NCBI GenBank assembly: GCA_040386535.1
Contig: JAZKFH010000051.1
Span: 1-61,960 of the forward strand
Reading direction: 5' to 3'
Source of the DNA: Myxococcota bacterium
GTDB lineage: Bacteria > Myxococcota_A > UBA796 > SXON01
Length of the DNA stretch: 61,960 nt
Position numbers and translations under genes: made by a program. Of the stretch, positions 1 through 8,548 are shown piece after piece. Position 1 is the stretch's first letter. Each line of letters begins with the position of its first letter. Below the pieces are notes generated by a model. It saw only the letters and a program-made list of their open reading frames with translations, searched no databases and had not been told where the DNA came from.

Positions 1-243
1 GGAGCGCGCGCCGGACCGGCCGCGCCCGGGCGCGCGGCCGCCCTCCAGGTGCCTCACGCGGGGGGGGGCTGGTGGCGGGGGCGTGGTGGGGCGCGTGGGG
101 CGCGCCGGGGGCGAGGCTTCCGGGGGCGGTGGCGGGGGGGCGTGCCAATCGGGGAGTTGACATACTTTCCACCCCGGCGCTCGCGATCGCCGACCACGAC
201 GAGGCGTTTCGGGACGGAGTGGGGGTGGGGCGGAATCGTCGGG

Positions 244-392
244 ATCCGTTCGAAGTCGAGGGATGAAGGAGCATCCTCCGACCTCGGACGCTATATCCGT
301 CCGAGGTGGAGGGATGAGCGGGCATCCTCCGACTTCGGACGCTATATCCGTCCGAAGTCGAGGGATGAGCTCGCATCCTCGGACTTCGGACG
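244..392. repeat. Three tandem 51-bp palindromic units (REP/BIME-like)
   Basis: Units start at 244, 295 and 346: ATCCGTCCGAAGTCGAGGGATG-N-GCATCCTCCGACTTCGGACGCTAT. Each is an imperfect inverted repeat (TCCGAAGTCG..GGATG / CATCC..CGACTTCGGA). Confidence 0.9.
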
Positions 393-448
393 GTGGCGCC
401 GGCCTCCGCGGTTCGGCGCCTTTGGGATTGGACGTTGGGGCCGCCCGT

Positions 449-499
449 ACCCGACAGATCTCGCGTCACGACCGGTACTGAAGCCCGTTCTGTCGGGTC
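449..499. repeat. Dispersed 51-bp palindromic repeat, copy 1
   Basis: ACCCGACAGATCTCGCGTCACGACCGGTACTGAAGCCCGTTCTGTCGGGTC, with arms ACCCGACAGA / TCTGTCGGGT. Near-identical to 585-635 and 55669-55720. Confidence 0.9.
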
Positions 500-584
500 C
501 CCGGGGTCGCGGCGCGCGAATTGTCGGCCTCCGTCCGTTGCCTCGCGCCCGGTGTGGCCGCCAGGGCTCGATCCCGACGAAAAA

Positions 585-635
585 ACCCGACAGATCTCGC
601 CTCACGACCGGTACTGACGCCCGTTCTGTCGGGTC
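585..635. repeat. Dispersed 51-bp palindromic repeat, copy 2
   Basis: ACCCGACAGATCTCGCCTCACGACCGGTACTGACGCCCGTTCTGTCGGGTC. Confidence 0.9.
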
Positions 636-661
636 GGGGCGCGGCGGGAGCGCGTGGCGAT

Positions 662-667
662 TAGGCT
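662..667 (+). promoter_or_regulatory. Putative -10 hexamer of a leaderless transcript
   Basis: TAGGCT lies 5 nt before ATG 673, with no Shine-Dalgarno. Confidence 0.45.
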
Positions 668-672
668 CGCAG

Positions 673-1287
673 ATGGAACACGACAAGCACCTCGAACTGT
701 CGGCGGCGGCGGACTACATCCTCGGTCTGGTACGCGCCGGAACGCCAGCAGCTCCTCTTTTCCGGTCGCTGGTGGACTGGTGTGCGAGCCAACGTCCGCA
801 TCCAAGCTGGACCGCCCTTCGAGGCCTCGACATCGAGGGAGAGCTGTCCCGATGTCGAACGTGGTTTGGCGAGTTGCTCGAAACGGAGCCTCCTCCAGCC
901 GATATCACCGGATTCTACTTCGGTGTGTTCGATACGGTGGAGGACGACCGAGCAGTCCGGACTGAGCTCTACGCGGCGGGGGGGCGCCATGGCGAGGACG
1001 AGTGGCTGAGTCGTGTGCGTCACGGATGGTGGCCGGAGGGGCGTTATTCGAATTCGAGGTATCTCGCCGAGGTGTACGCGATTTCTCACGCGGACGGAGG
1101 GTTGGAGAACGATGCCGACTACCCGCTCGGACTCGCGTTCGCGATTGTGGTCGCACGCGAGCTCGCGAACTCGCTCGGCCCCCGACAGGGAGAGTGCTGG
1201 GTAGCCGCGGGCTTCGACGCGGGAGACATCCTCGAAGTGGGAAGCATCGGGCCGGGTGGCTTGCAGCTGTCCCTCGTGTGGAGTTGA
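673..1287 (+). CDS. Hypothetical protein (204 aa)
   Basis: The protein-like part of ORF 49..1287 starts at ATG 673 (MEHDKHLEL..); the upstream part only translates repeats. Aromatic/acidic motifs FYFGVFD, WWPEGRY, GFDAGD; less GC-extreme codons than neighbours. Confidence 0.7.
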   Translation: MEHDKHLELSAAADYILGLVRAGTPAAPLFRSLVDWCASQRPHPSWTALRGLDIEGELSRCRTWFGELLETEPPPADITGFYFGVFDTVEDDRAVRTELYAAGGRHGEDEWLSRVRHGWWPEGRYSNSRYLAEVYAISHADGGLENDADYPLGLAFAIVVARELANSLGPRQGECWVAAGFDAGDILEVGSIGPGGLQLSLVWS

Positions 1288-1509
1288 CGGCGGAAAAAGC
1301 GGATCTCCACGTTCCGGCGCGCCAGGCGCCCGGAAGTCGGCCGCCCGTCCTCGGGCGGACGGTCCCCGCCGTCCGCGGCGGGACCGAGCGGCTCTGCCGC
1401 GAAGACTGGAGGGGGCCGACGGGACCGCGTCCGCGCGGGCCCGGGGCGCCCAAGGCGCGCATGCGGACCAACTCGGGGACGACGTGGGTCGTCTCCACGG
1501 GGGGCGTGC

Positions 1510-2070
1510 ATGACCGAATGGACGAAGATGGTGCAGGGATACCTCTACGATCCGCTGGAACCGGAGCTTTGCGAGGCGCGGGCGCGCGCGCGGCGGCTGG
1601 TCGGGCTGCTCAACGGTACCACCGAAGACGAGCGGCCCGAACGGGCGCGGCTGCTCGAGGCGCTGATCCCGATGGGGGGCGCGCAGGCGTGGGTGGAGCC
1701 GCCGTTCCATTGTGACTACGGGACCAACATCACGTTGGGTGACAAGGTGTTCTTCAACTTCGGGTGTGTCGTGCTCGACGTGGCGCCGGTGACATTTGGC
1801 GCGCGCGTGTTGGTGGGGCCCCACGTGCAGGTGTACGCCGCCAGTCACCCGATGAGCGCCAGCCAGCGGCGGCTCGGCCTGGAGCTGGGGCGGCCGATCG
1901 AGGTCGACAACGACGTTTGGATCGGCGGCGGCGCCATCCTGTGCGCGGGCGTGCGGATCGGGGCGGGGTCAGTGATCGGGGCGGGGAGCGTGGTGACACG
2001 GGCGGTGCCAGAGGGCGTGTTCGCGGCGGGGAATCCGTGTCGGGTGATCCGGGAGTTGGGGGAGGAGTGA
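1510..2070 (+). CDS. maa: Sugar (maltose/galactoside) O-acetyltransferase
   Basis: Mac N-terminus (KMVQGYLYDP), PPFHCDYGTNI, hexapeptide repeats VWIGGGAIL..IGAGSVVT, GNPCRVIR. Confidence 0.9.
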   Translation: MTEWTKMVQGYLYDPLEPELCEARARARRLVGLLNGTTEDERPERARLLEALIPMGGAQAWVEPPFHCDYGTNITLGDKVFFNFGCVVLDVAPVTFGARVLVGPHVQVYAASHPMSASQRRLGLELGRPIEVDNDVWIGGGAILCAGVRIGAGSVIGAGSVVTRAVPEGVFAAGNPCRVIRELGEE

Positions 2071-2084
2071 GTTAGGTCGGGGAC

Positions 2085-2819
2085 ATGGTCCAGTCCGCCG
2101 GCTATCTCCTCGAGGTTTACCTGGATCACGCGCGGGTGGCGGACTGGGAGCGGTATCCGTTCAACATTCCGGTCATCCGCCATCTCGAGCGCTTCAAGCT
2201 CGATCCCAAGGTCACGATCTTCGTGGGCGAGAACGGCACCGGGAAGTCGACCCTCATCGAGGCCATCGCCATCAACGCGGGGTTCAACCCCGAGGGTGGG
2301 GACAAGCACCTGCGGTTCTCCACACAACGGACGGAGTCCCCGCTGTGCGAGGCGCTGCGCCTGTCACGCGGCCCGCGCAGGGAGCAGGACGGCTTCTTCC
2401 TGCGCGCCGAGAGCTTCTACAACGTTGCGTCCGCGCTCGATGCCGCGGGCGCCGTTCGTTATGGCGGTACGTCCCTCCATGCGATGTCGCACGGGGAGTC
2501 GTTCCTGGCGCTGGTCGAGCACCGCTTCGAGGCGAACAGCCTGTACATCTTCGACGAACCGGAGGCGGCGCTCTCCCCGCAGCGGCAGCTCGTCCTCCTG
2601 GCGCACATCCATCGCCTGGCAGAGCGCGAACGTTGCCAATTCGTGATCGCCACCCACTCGCCGATCCTCCTCGGCTACCCGGGGGCGCTGATCTACGAGC
2701 TGGAGGACGAGGCCGTGCGGAAGGTGAAGTACGAGGAGACCTCGCACTTCCTGGTCACGCGGCGCTTCCTCACGGACCGTTCGCGGTTTCTGGAGCGCCT
2801 CCTCGCCGAGGACGAGTAA
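2085..2819 (+). CDS. ABC/AAA-family ATPase (predicted ATPase, COG3910-type)
   Basis: Walker A GENGTGKST, signature-like SHGESF, Walker B YIFDEPEAALSP, H-loop IATHSP. Confidence 0.88.
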   Translation: MVQSAGYLLEVYLDHARVADWERYPFNIPVIRHLERFKLDPKVTIFVGENGTGKSTLIEAIAINAGFNPEGGDKHLRFSTQRTESPLCEALRLSRGPRREQDGFFLRAESFYNVASALDAAGAVRYGGTSLHAMSHGESFLALVEHRFEANSLYIFDEPEAALSPQRQLVLLAHIHRLAERERCQFVIATHSPILLGYPGALIYELEDEAVRKVKYEETSHFLVTRRFLTDRSRFLERLLAEDE

Positions 2820-2881
2820 GCGTATCGTCGAGGTCGTAGATCGCCCGCGGGGGCGAGGGCGTCGACCGCCCCCGCGACGTC

Positions 2882-5800
2882 CTATTCCGCCTCGGAGCCG
2901 AGGGGCGAGAGGGCCTTACGGCGCCGCACGAGCCCAACCGCCACCAGTCCCAGAACCCACACCTCACCGCCTCCGCCGGTGTCGCACCCGCCGCAGCCCT
3001 CTCCAGAACCGTCCGTGTCCGGGTCCTTGTCGCCCGTGTCGTCGGGGTCGCCGCTGCCGCACTCGGTGACGGTCGGGTCCGTGTCGTCGCAGTCTTCGGC
3101 GAGGGCGACACCGTCGCCGTCCTGGTCGTTGTCGTCGTCGCCGGCGCAGTCCTGGTCGAGGCCGTCGTACCAGACCTCGGCGGCGCCGGGGTAGGTGTCC
3201 GAGCGGGTGTCGTCGCAATCGTCGCCGCCGTTGTCCGCGGAGGCATGGCCGTCCCTGTCCGCGTCGTAGTCGTCGGCGTTGGCGCAGTCGGTCACGACGC
3301 CGTCGTACGGATCGTCGGGGGCGCCGGTGTACACGTCGGCGTCCGCGTCGTCGCAGTCGGTGCCGCCGCCGCTGGCCGCGTCCTGGCCGTCGCCGTCGGC
3401 GTCGTGGTCCCCGCCGCCGTCGCAGTCCCCGTCGATGCCGTCGTACCAGATCTCGGTGGCGCCGGGGTAGGCCTCGGCGTGCGTGTCGTCGCAATCGTCG
3501 CCGCCGTGCCCCTCGGCGCGGTGGCCGTCGCCGTCCTGGTCGTCGTCATCGGCCCCGTCGCAGTTCGCGTCCACCCCGTCGTACCAGGTCTCGGTGGCGC
3601 CGGGGTTGACGGGGCTGAAGGTGTCGTTGCAGTCGGTTGCGTCGGCCACGTAGCCGGGCGGCATGTCGCAGCTGTAGGCGGTGTTCGTCGCGCTCCCGTA
3701 CCCGTCCCCATCGGCGTCGGCGTACCAGGTCACGCCGTCTCCGAGGGTCGCGTCCGCGTCGTCGCAGTCGTTGTCGTCGTCTTCGTAGCCACCCGGCTGG
3801 GTGCACGCGACGCGGGTGCTCGCGGCCGACCCGAACGTGTCCCCGTCGGCGTCCACGTACCAGGTGGACGCGTCCACGGACGTGGTGGGATCGCTCGTGC
3901 CGTCGCAGTCGTCGTCGTAGCCGTTGCAGTGCTCCGACGCGCCGGGATGGGTCTCGGTGCGGCCATCGTTGCAGTCGGTCGAGGTCGCCGCGTAGCCGGC
4001 CGGGGCGCCGCAGTCCGTCGTGGTGGACGCGGTGCTGCCGTAGCCGTCCCCGTCGGCGTCCCCGTAGAAGGTGGAGGTCGGGAGCCCCTCGTCCGCGGTG
4101 CTGTCGCAGTCGTCGTCGACGTCGTTGCAGGTCTCGGCCGCGCCCGGGTGGATCGTGGCGCGCGCGTCGTCACAGTCCGTCGTCACCGCCGAGTACCCGG
4201 AGGGTACGCTGCACGCCGCCGTGCTCCCCGCGGTCGTCCCGTACCCGTCGCCGTCGACGTCCAGGTAGTAGGTGGTGGTCACGCCCTCGTCCGTTGCGCC
4301 GTCGCAGTCGTCATCGGAGGAGTTGCACGTCTCCGTCCCGCCGGGGTGGATGGTCGCCCCTCCGTCGTCACAATCGAGCGCGTTCGAGACGTAGCTGGGG
4401 GGCGCCGAGCATGCGTTGGTCGACGTGGCCGAGGTGCCGTACCCGTCGCCGTCCGCGTCGGCGTAGAAGGTCGAGGTCACGCCCTCGTCCGTGGAGCTGT
4501 CGCAGTCGTTGTCGGCGCCGTCGCAGATCTCGACGTCCGCCGGGCTGATCGCGGCGCTCGCATCGTTGCAGTCGGTGGCGTCGGTGACGTACCCGGAGGG
4601 CTGATTGCACGCGAGCGTCGTCATGCTGGTGACACCGAAGCCGTCACTGTCGCCGTCGACGTACCAGGTCCGCTCGCCGGTGGCGCCGGACTCGTCGGTG
4701 GTGCCGTCGCAGTCGTCGTCGACGCTGTTGCAGGCCTCGGTCGCGGCGGGGCTCACCGCCGCGCGGGTGTCGTCGCAGTCGGTGGAGAGGGCGACGTAGC
4801 CAGAGGGGGCCGAACACGCGGACTGCGAGGCGCTGGCGGTGCCGTAGCCGTCCCCGTCGGAGTCGAGGTAGAACGGCGTGCCGCCGGTGGCGCCGGTCTC
4901 GTCGATGCTGCTGTCACAGTCGTCGTCGACGGCGTTGCAGGTCTCGGTGGCGCCCGGGTGGACGGAGCTGGCGCCGTCGTCGCAGTCCGTGGCGGTGGCG
5001 AGGTAGCCGGAGGGCGCGGAGCAGCTCGCGGTGGAGCCGCTCGCGCCCCCGTATCCGTCGCCGTCGGCGTCGGCGTACCAGGTGGGTGCGTCCTCGTCGG
5101 TGAGCCCGTCGCAGTCGTTGTCGTCGCCGTCGCACACCTCGGTCGCGCCCGGGTGGATCGTGGCGTCGGTGTCGTCGCAGTCCACGGTGTCGGGGGAGCC
5201 GTCCGCGTCGCTGTCGGTGTCGTAGCCGTAGAAGAGCCAGGTGTGGTACGCGCCGCCGATGACGAGGTCGTCGAAGCCGTCCGCGTTCACGTCCCCCGCG
5301 CCCGCCACGGAGGTGCCGAGCGCAAAGGAGGCGCCGTCGCCTGAGAAGGTGGAGATGGGCGTGCTGGAGAGGCCCGAGCCGCCCCCCTCGAACAGGAGCG
5401 CGCGCCCCGCCGAGCTGGAGTAGCTGTACTCCCCGGCGATGACGTCGTCGTAGCCGTCGCCATTGATGTCACCCGCCACCGCGAGGTTCCGGCCGAGGTA
5501 CTCCGCGGCCGTGGTGCCGTCGATGGTCGTGGCTGGGACGGCGGGGAGGCCGGTGCTGCGCCCGTAGTACACGTAGATGCGGCCCTTGCCGCTGTTGTAG
5601 CCGTAGGCGCCCACGACGAGGTCGTCGTAGCCATCGGCGTCGATGTCGCCCGCGCCGAGGTCGTAGCCGAAGTAGTCGCCGGCGGTATCCCCGACGAGCG
5701 TGCCCCAGATCGTGGTGCTGATGCCGCTGGCGGAGCCGCGGAAGAGGACCACGGAGCCCGTGTAGGAGGCGTAGTCCGGGCCGCCGCCCGCGAGATCCGG

Positions 5801-8425
5801 GCGGCCGTCGCCGTCGAAGTCGCCCGAGACGACCACCTTTCCGAAGGCATACCCCGCGACGCCGGGCGTGTGCGTGGTCGTGGCGGAGGCGCCGAGGCCG
5901 CTGGTGCCGCCGCGGTAGAGCGTGACGGTGCCGCCGGTGCCGGCGCCGTACGCCCCGATGAACACGTCGTCGTAGCCGTCCCCGTTGGTGTCCCCCGCGG
6001 GCGCGAGGGCATAGCCGAAGTAGTCGGAGCCCGACGGACCAGTCAGCGTGCTCGTGGCCGTGGACGAGAGCCCCGAGGCGCTGCCGCGGTGGAGATAGAC
6101 GCGGCCAGTGCTGCTGCTGTATGCGTAGGCGCCGACCACCACGTCGTCGTAGCCGTCGCCATTGGTGTCGCCGGCGGGCGCGACGTCCTTGCCGAAGTAG
6201 TAGGAGGTCGAGCCGCCCGTGAGCGTCGTGTCGGCCAGGGCGGAGGGGCCGCTCGCGCTGCCGAGGTAGATGTAGGTGATCCCCGTGTACGAGCTGTACA
6301 CGCTCGAGCCGACAGCGATGTCCCCGTAGCCGTCCGCGTTCACGTCTCCGATGCCCGTCACAATCGGGCTGGAGACATAGGGGCTCGGCGCGCTGATGGA
6401 GGTCCCCGAGCTGGCGATGCTCGAGGACGTTCCGCGGTAGTAGGTCATGCGCCCGACGCCGGGGCTCGCATAGACCGGGATGCCGACGAGCAGGTCGGCG
6501 TAACCGTCGCCGGTCACGTCCCCAGCGGCGGCGATGCTGTGTCCGAACGTGTCGTAGGTCGACCCCCCGGTCAACGTCCGTGCGGCGACGGTGATGATCC
6601 CCGAACCGCTGCCGTTGTACACGGTCACCTGGCCCGTGTACGTGCTGTAGCCGTAGGCCCCGACGGCGACGTCGTCGAACCCGTCGGCGTTCGCGTCCCC
6701 GAGCCCGGCGACGCTGCAGCCGAAGAAGTTGCTGCCGGAGGCCCCGGTGAGGGTGGTGATCGCGCTGGAGTAGACGCCGGCGCTCGTGCCGTGGAACACG
6801 TAGGCGCGGCCCGTGTAGGAGCTGTAGCCGTACGCCCCGACGATGACGTCGTCATACCCGTCGGCGTCGACATCCCCCGCGGAGGCCACGCTGATGCCGA
6901 AGTAGTTCGACGACGCGGCGCCGGTCAACGTGGTCGCGACGGTGCTGGAGAGGCCCGAACCGGAGCCGTGGTAGACGTAGGCCCGCCCCGTGCTGGTGGA
7001 GTAGCCGGAGGCGCCCACGATCACGTCGTCGTAGCCGTCTCCGTTCACGTCGCCCGCGCGCGCGGCCGAGATGCCGAAGTTCGTGCTGGCCGTCGGGGAG
7101 GTGAGGGTGACGTTCGCCGTGGTCGACAGGCCGGACGCGCTGCCGGAGTAGACGTACGCGTAGCCGCTGCCGTACGCGCCGATCACGACATCGTCGTACC
7201 CGTCGGCGTTCACGTCGCCCGCTGAGGCGACCGAGTAGCCGAAGTTGCTGGAGGCCGCGGCGCCGGTCAGCGTGAGGTCGGCCGTGTCGGTGATCCCCGA
7301 GGCGCCGCCCAGGTAGAGGTAGGCCCGACCCCTGGAGGTGCTGTACTTGTAGCCGCCCACGATCAGGTCGTCGTAGCCGTCCCCGTTCACATCTCCCGCG
7401 CCCGCCACACGGTACCCGAACCAGGCGGCGGCGCCGCTCTCGCCCTCGAGCTCGGTGGCCCCGGTGGAGCTGATCCCCGAGGAGGTCCCGTAGTACACGT
7501 AGGCGAGGCCGTCGGAGGCGCCGATGCCGTACGCACCCACGATCATGTCGTCGTAACTGTCGCCGTCCACGTCTCCGGCGCCGGCCACCGAGTAGCCGAA
7601 GTTGGACGTGCCGCCCCGGATGGTCCACGCCGCCGTCGTGTACGCGGGATCCACGGTGATCGGGTAGGCGGCGCCTGTGTCGTCGACCTCGACAACCACC
7701 GAGTCTCCCTCCACCCGGACCGTGGCGGGGAGCGCGTCGCCACGGGCGTCCCAGGCGATGACGTTGGACACCGTCCACTCGCGCCCCGTGCCGTCGGTGA
7801 TCGCGACGGTCGGTCCGTCCCCCGAGAGCCCGAGCGCGCCGTCCACCGCGACCTCGAAGGTGACGAGGCCGTCCCCGACGGGAGGCCGCGTGAGGGTCCA
7901 GCCCTGCTCGACGCCGTCGGACAGGCCGAGCCACCACTCGGTGAGCGCGCCGTGGTCGTACTCGAGGCGGCGGATGCAGGCCCCGGTGGGATCCTCCTCG
8001 GTGCCGCACTCGCCGAGGTCGGGATCGACGGGTGCGACCTCCTCCAGCGCGTCCCCACGGCCCCAGCCGGAGAGGCGGAGCGCGAACGCGGTCGTGTCGT
8101 CCGTGGTGTCCGAGAACACCACGCCCTCGTCGTCGAAGCCGCCGGTCATCCCGAGGGCGGGGAGGTCCGAGACGAAGGTGCCGTCGACGTCGTGGATGGC
8201 GCGGGCCCGCGCGTCGAGGCCGGATCGAACCTGGTCCATCCACTCCGCGGACCCACCGGGATCGCGTGCAGACGCGGCCGTATCGACCGCCGGCTCCTCG
8301 GGCCCGGTCGAGCCGGGATCGGTCGGCGTGGGCGCCTGAGCGCAGCTCGCGGACAGGCCGGCGAAGAAGAGCAGCAGCGAACCCTGGCGGGCGGCGAGTC
8401 GGGACGGGCGGATGAAAGCGGGCAG
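2882..8425 (-). CDS. Giant surface protein: 14 FG-GAP repeats, ~12 MopE-like Cys/Asp metal-binding repeats, C-terminal MYXO-CTERM-like anchor
   Basis: 14 GD(V/I)xxDG(Y/F)xD blades, DCDD..PGA.E.C..DDDCDG repeats, C-terminus GCGGC..VWVLGLVAVGLVRRRK. First ATG is at 8239, but the frame is open to an in-frame CTG at 8425 that adds a signal/lipoprotein peptide (start inferred). Confidence 0.85.
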   Translation of the reverse strand: MPAFIRPSRLAARQGSLLLFFAGLSASCAQAPTPTDPGSTGPEEPAVDTAASARDPGGSAEWMDQVRSGLDARARAIHDVDGTFVSDLPALGMTGGFDDEGVVFSDTTDDTTAFALRLSGWGRGDALEEVAPVDPDLGECGTEEDPTGACIRRLEYDHGALTEWWLGLSDGVEQGWTLTRPPVGDGLVTFEVAVDGALGLSGDGPTVAITDGTGREWTVSNVIAWDARGDALPATVRVEGDSVVVEVDDTGAAYPITVDPAYTTAAWTIRGGTSNFGYSVAGAGDVDGDSYDDMIVGAYGIGASDGLAYVYYGTSSGISSTGATELEGESGAAAWFGYRVAGAGDVNGDGYDDLIVGGYKYSTSRGRAYLYLGGASGITDTADLTLTGAAASSNFGYSVASAGDVNADGYDDVVIGAYGSGYAYVYSGSASGLSTTANVTLTSPTASTNFGISAARAGDVNGDGYDDVIVGASGYSTSTGRAYVYHGSGSGLSSTVATTLTGAASSNYFGISVASAGDVDADGYDDVIVGAYGYSSYTGRAYVFHGTSAGVYSSAITTLTGASGSNFFGCSVAGLGDANADGFDDVAVGAYGYSTYTGQVTVYNGSGSGIITVAARTLTGGSTYDTFGHSIAAAGDVTGDGYADLLVGIPVYASPGVGRMTYYRGTSSSIASSGTSISAPSPYVSSPIVTGIGDVNADGYGDIAVGSSVYSSYTGITYIYLGSASGPSALADTTLTGGSTSYYFGKDVAPAGDTNGDGYDDVVVGAYAYSSSTGRVYLHRGSASGLSSTATSTLTGPSGSDYFGYALAPAGDTNGDGYDDVFIGAYGAGTGGTVTLYRGGTSGLGASATTTHTPGVAGYAFGKVVVSGDFDGDGRPDLAGGGPDYASYTGSVVLFRGSASGISTTIWGTLVGDTAGDYFGYDLGAGDIDADGYDDLVVGAYGYNSGKGRIYVYYGRSTGLPAVPATTIDGTTAAEYLGRNLAVAGDINGDGYDDVIAGEYSYSSSAGRALLFEGGGSGLSSTPISTFSGDGASFALGTSVAGAGDVNADGFDDLVIGGAYHTWLFYGYDTDSDADGSPDTVDCDDTDATIHPGATEVCDGDDNDCDGLTDEDAPTWYADADGDGYGGASGSTASCSAPSGYLATATDCDDGASSVHPGATETCNAVDDDCDSSIDETGATGGTPFYLDSDGDGYGTASASQSACSAPSGYVALSTDCDDTRAAVSPAATEACNSVDDDCDGTTDESGATGERTWYVDGDSDGFGVTSMTTLACNQPSGYVTDATDCNDASAAISPADVEICDGADNDCDSSTDEGVTSTFYADADGDGYGTSATSTNACSAPPSYVSNALDCDDGGATIHPGGTETCNSSDDDCDGATDEGVTTTYYLDVDGDGYGTTAGSTAACSVPSGYSAVTTDCDDARATIHPGAAETCNDVDDDCDSTADEGLPTSTFYGDADGDGYGSTASTTTDCGAPAGYAATSTDCNDGRTETHPGASEHCNGYDDDCDGTSDPTTSVDASTWYVDADGDTFGSAASTRVACTQPGGYEDDDNDCDDADATLGDGVTWYADADGDGYGSATNTAYSCDMPPGYVADATDCNDTFSPVNPGATETWYDGVDANCDGADDDDQDGDGHRAEGHGGDDCDDTHAEAYPGATEIWYDGIDGDCDGGGDHDADGDGQDAASGGGTDCDDADADVYTGAPDDPYDGVVTDCANADDYDADRDGHASADNGGDDCDDTRSDTYPGAAEVWYDGLDQDCAGDDDNDQDGDGVALAEDCDDTDPTVTECGSGDPDDTGDKDPDTDGSGEGCGGCDTGGGGEVWVLGLVAVGLVRRRKALSPLGSEAE

Positions 8426-8548
8426 TCGAGGCTCCGAGCGCGCGCGAGGATAGCACCGGGTACTCCCGACCGCGGTGAAGAAACGAGGCCCTGGACTAGT
8501 TTGGTTACAGCTGCACCATCACACAGTGACAGCCCGGCCGCTTTCGCG

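Noticed and set aside
157..162. TTGACA as a sigma70 -35 box
   Set aside because: There is no -10-like hexamer 16-18 nt downstream.
244..635. CRISPR array
   Set aside because: The units are head-to-tail with no unique spacers of constant length, and there are no cas genes in the window.
49..672. N-terminal 208 codons of ORF 49..1287
   Set aside because: This is an Arg/Gly-rich translation of repeat DNA; protein-like sequence starts at ATG 673.
3245..7225. Long + strand ORFs (699 aa, 451 aa) and similar antisense ORFs across the window, e.g. 14706-17072, 27469-30225, 46187-48874, 50180-52342
   Set aside because: These are shadow frames of real high-GC genes, with Val/Arg/Ala-biased sequence and no motifs.
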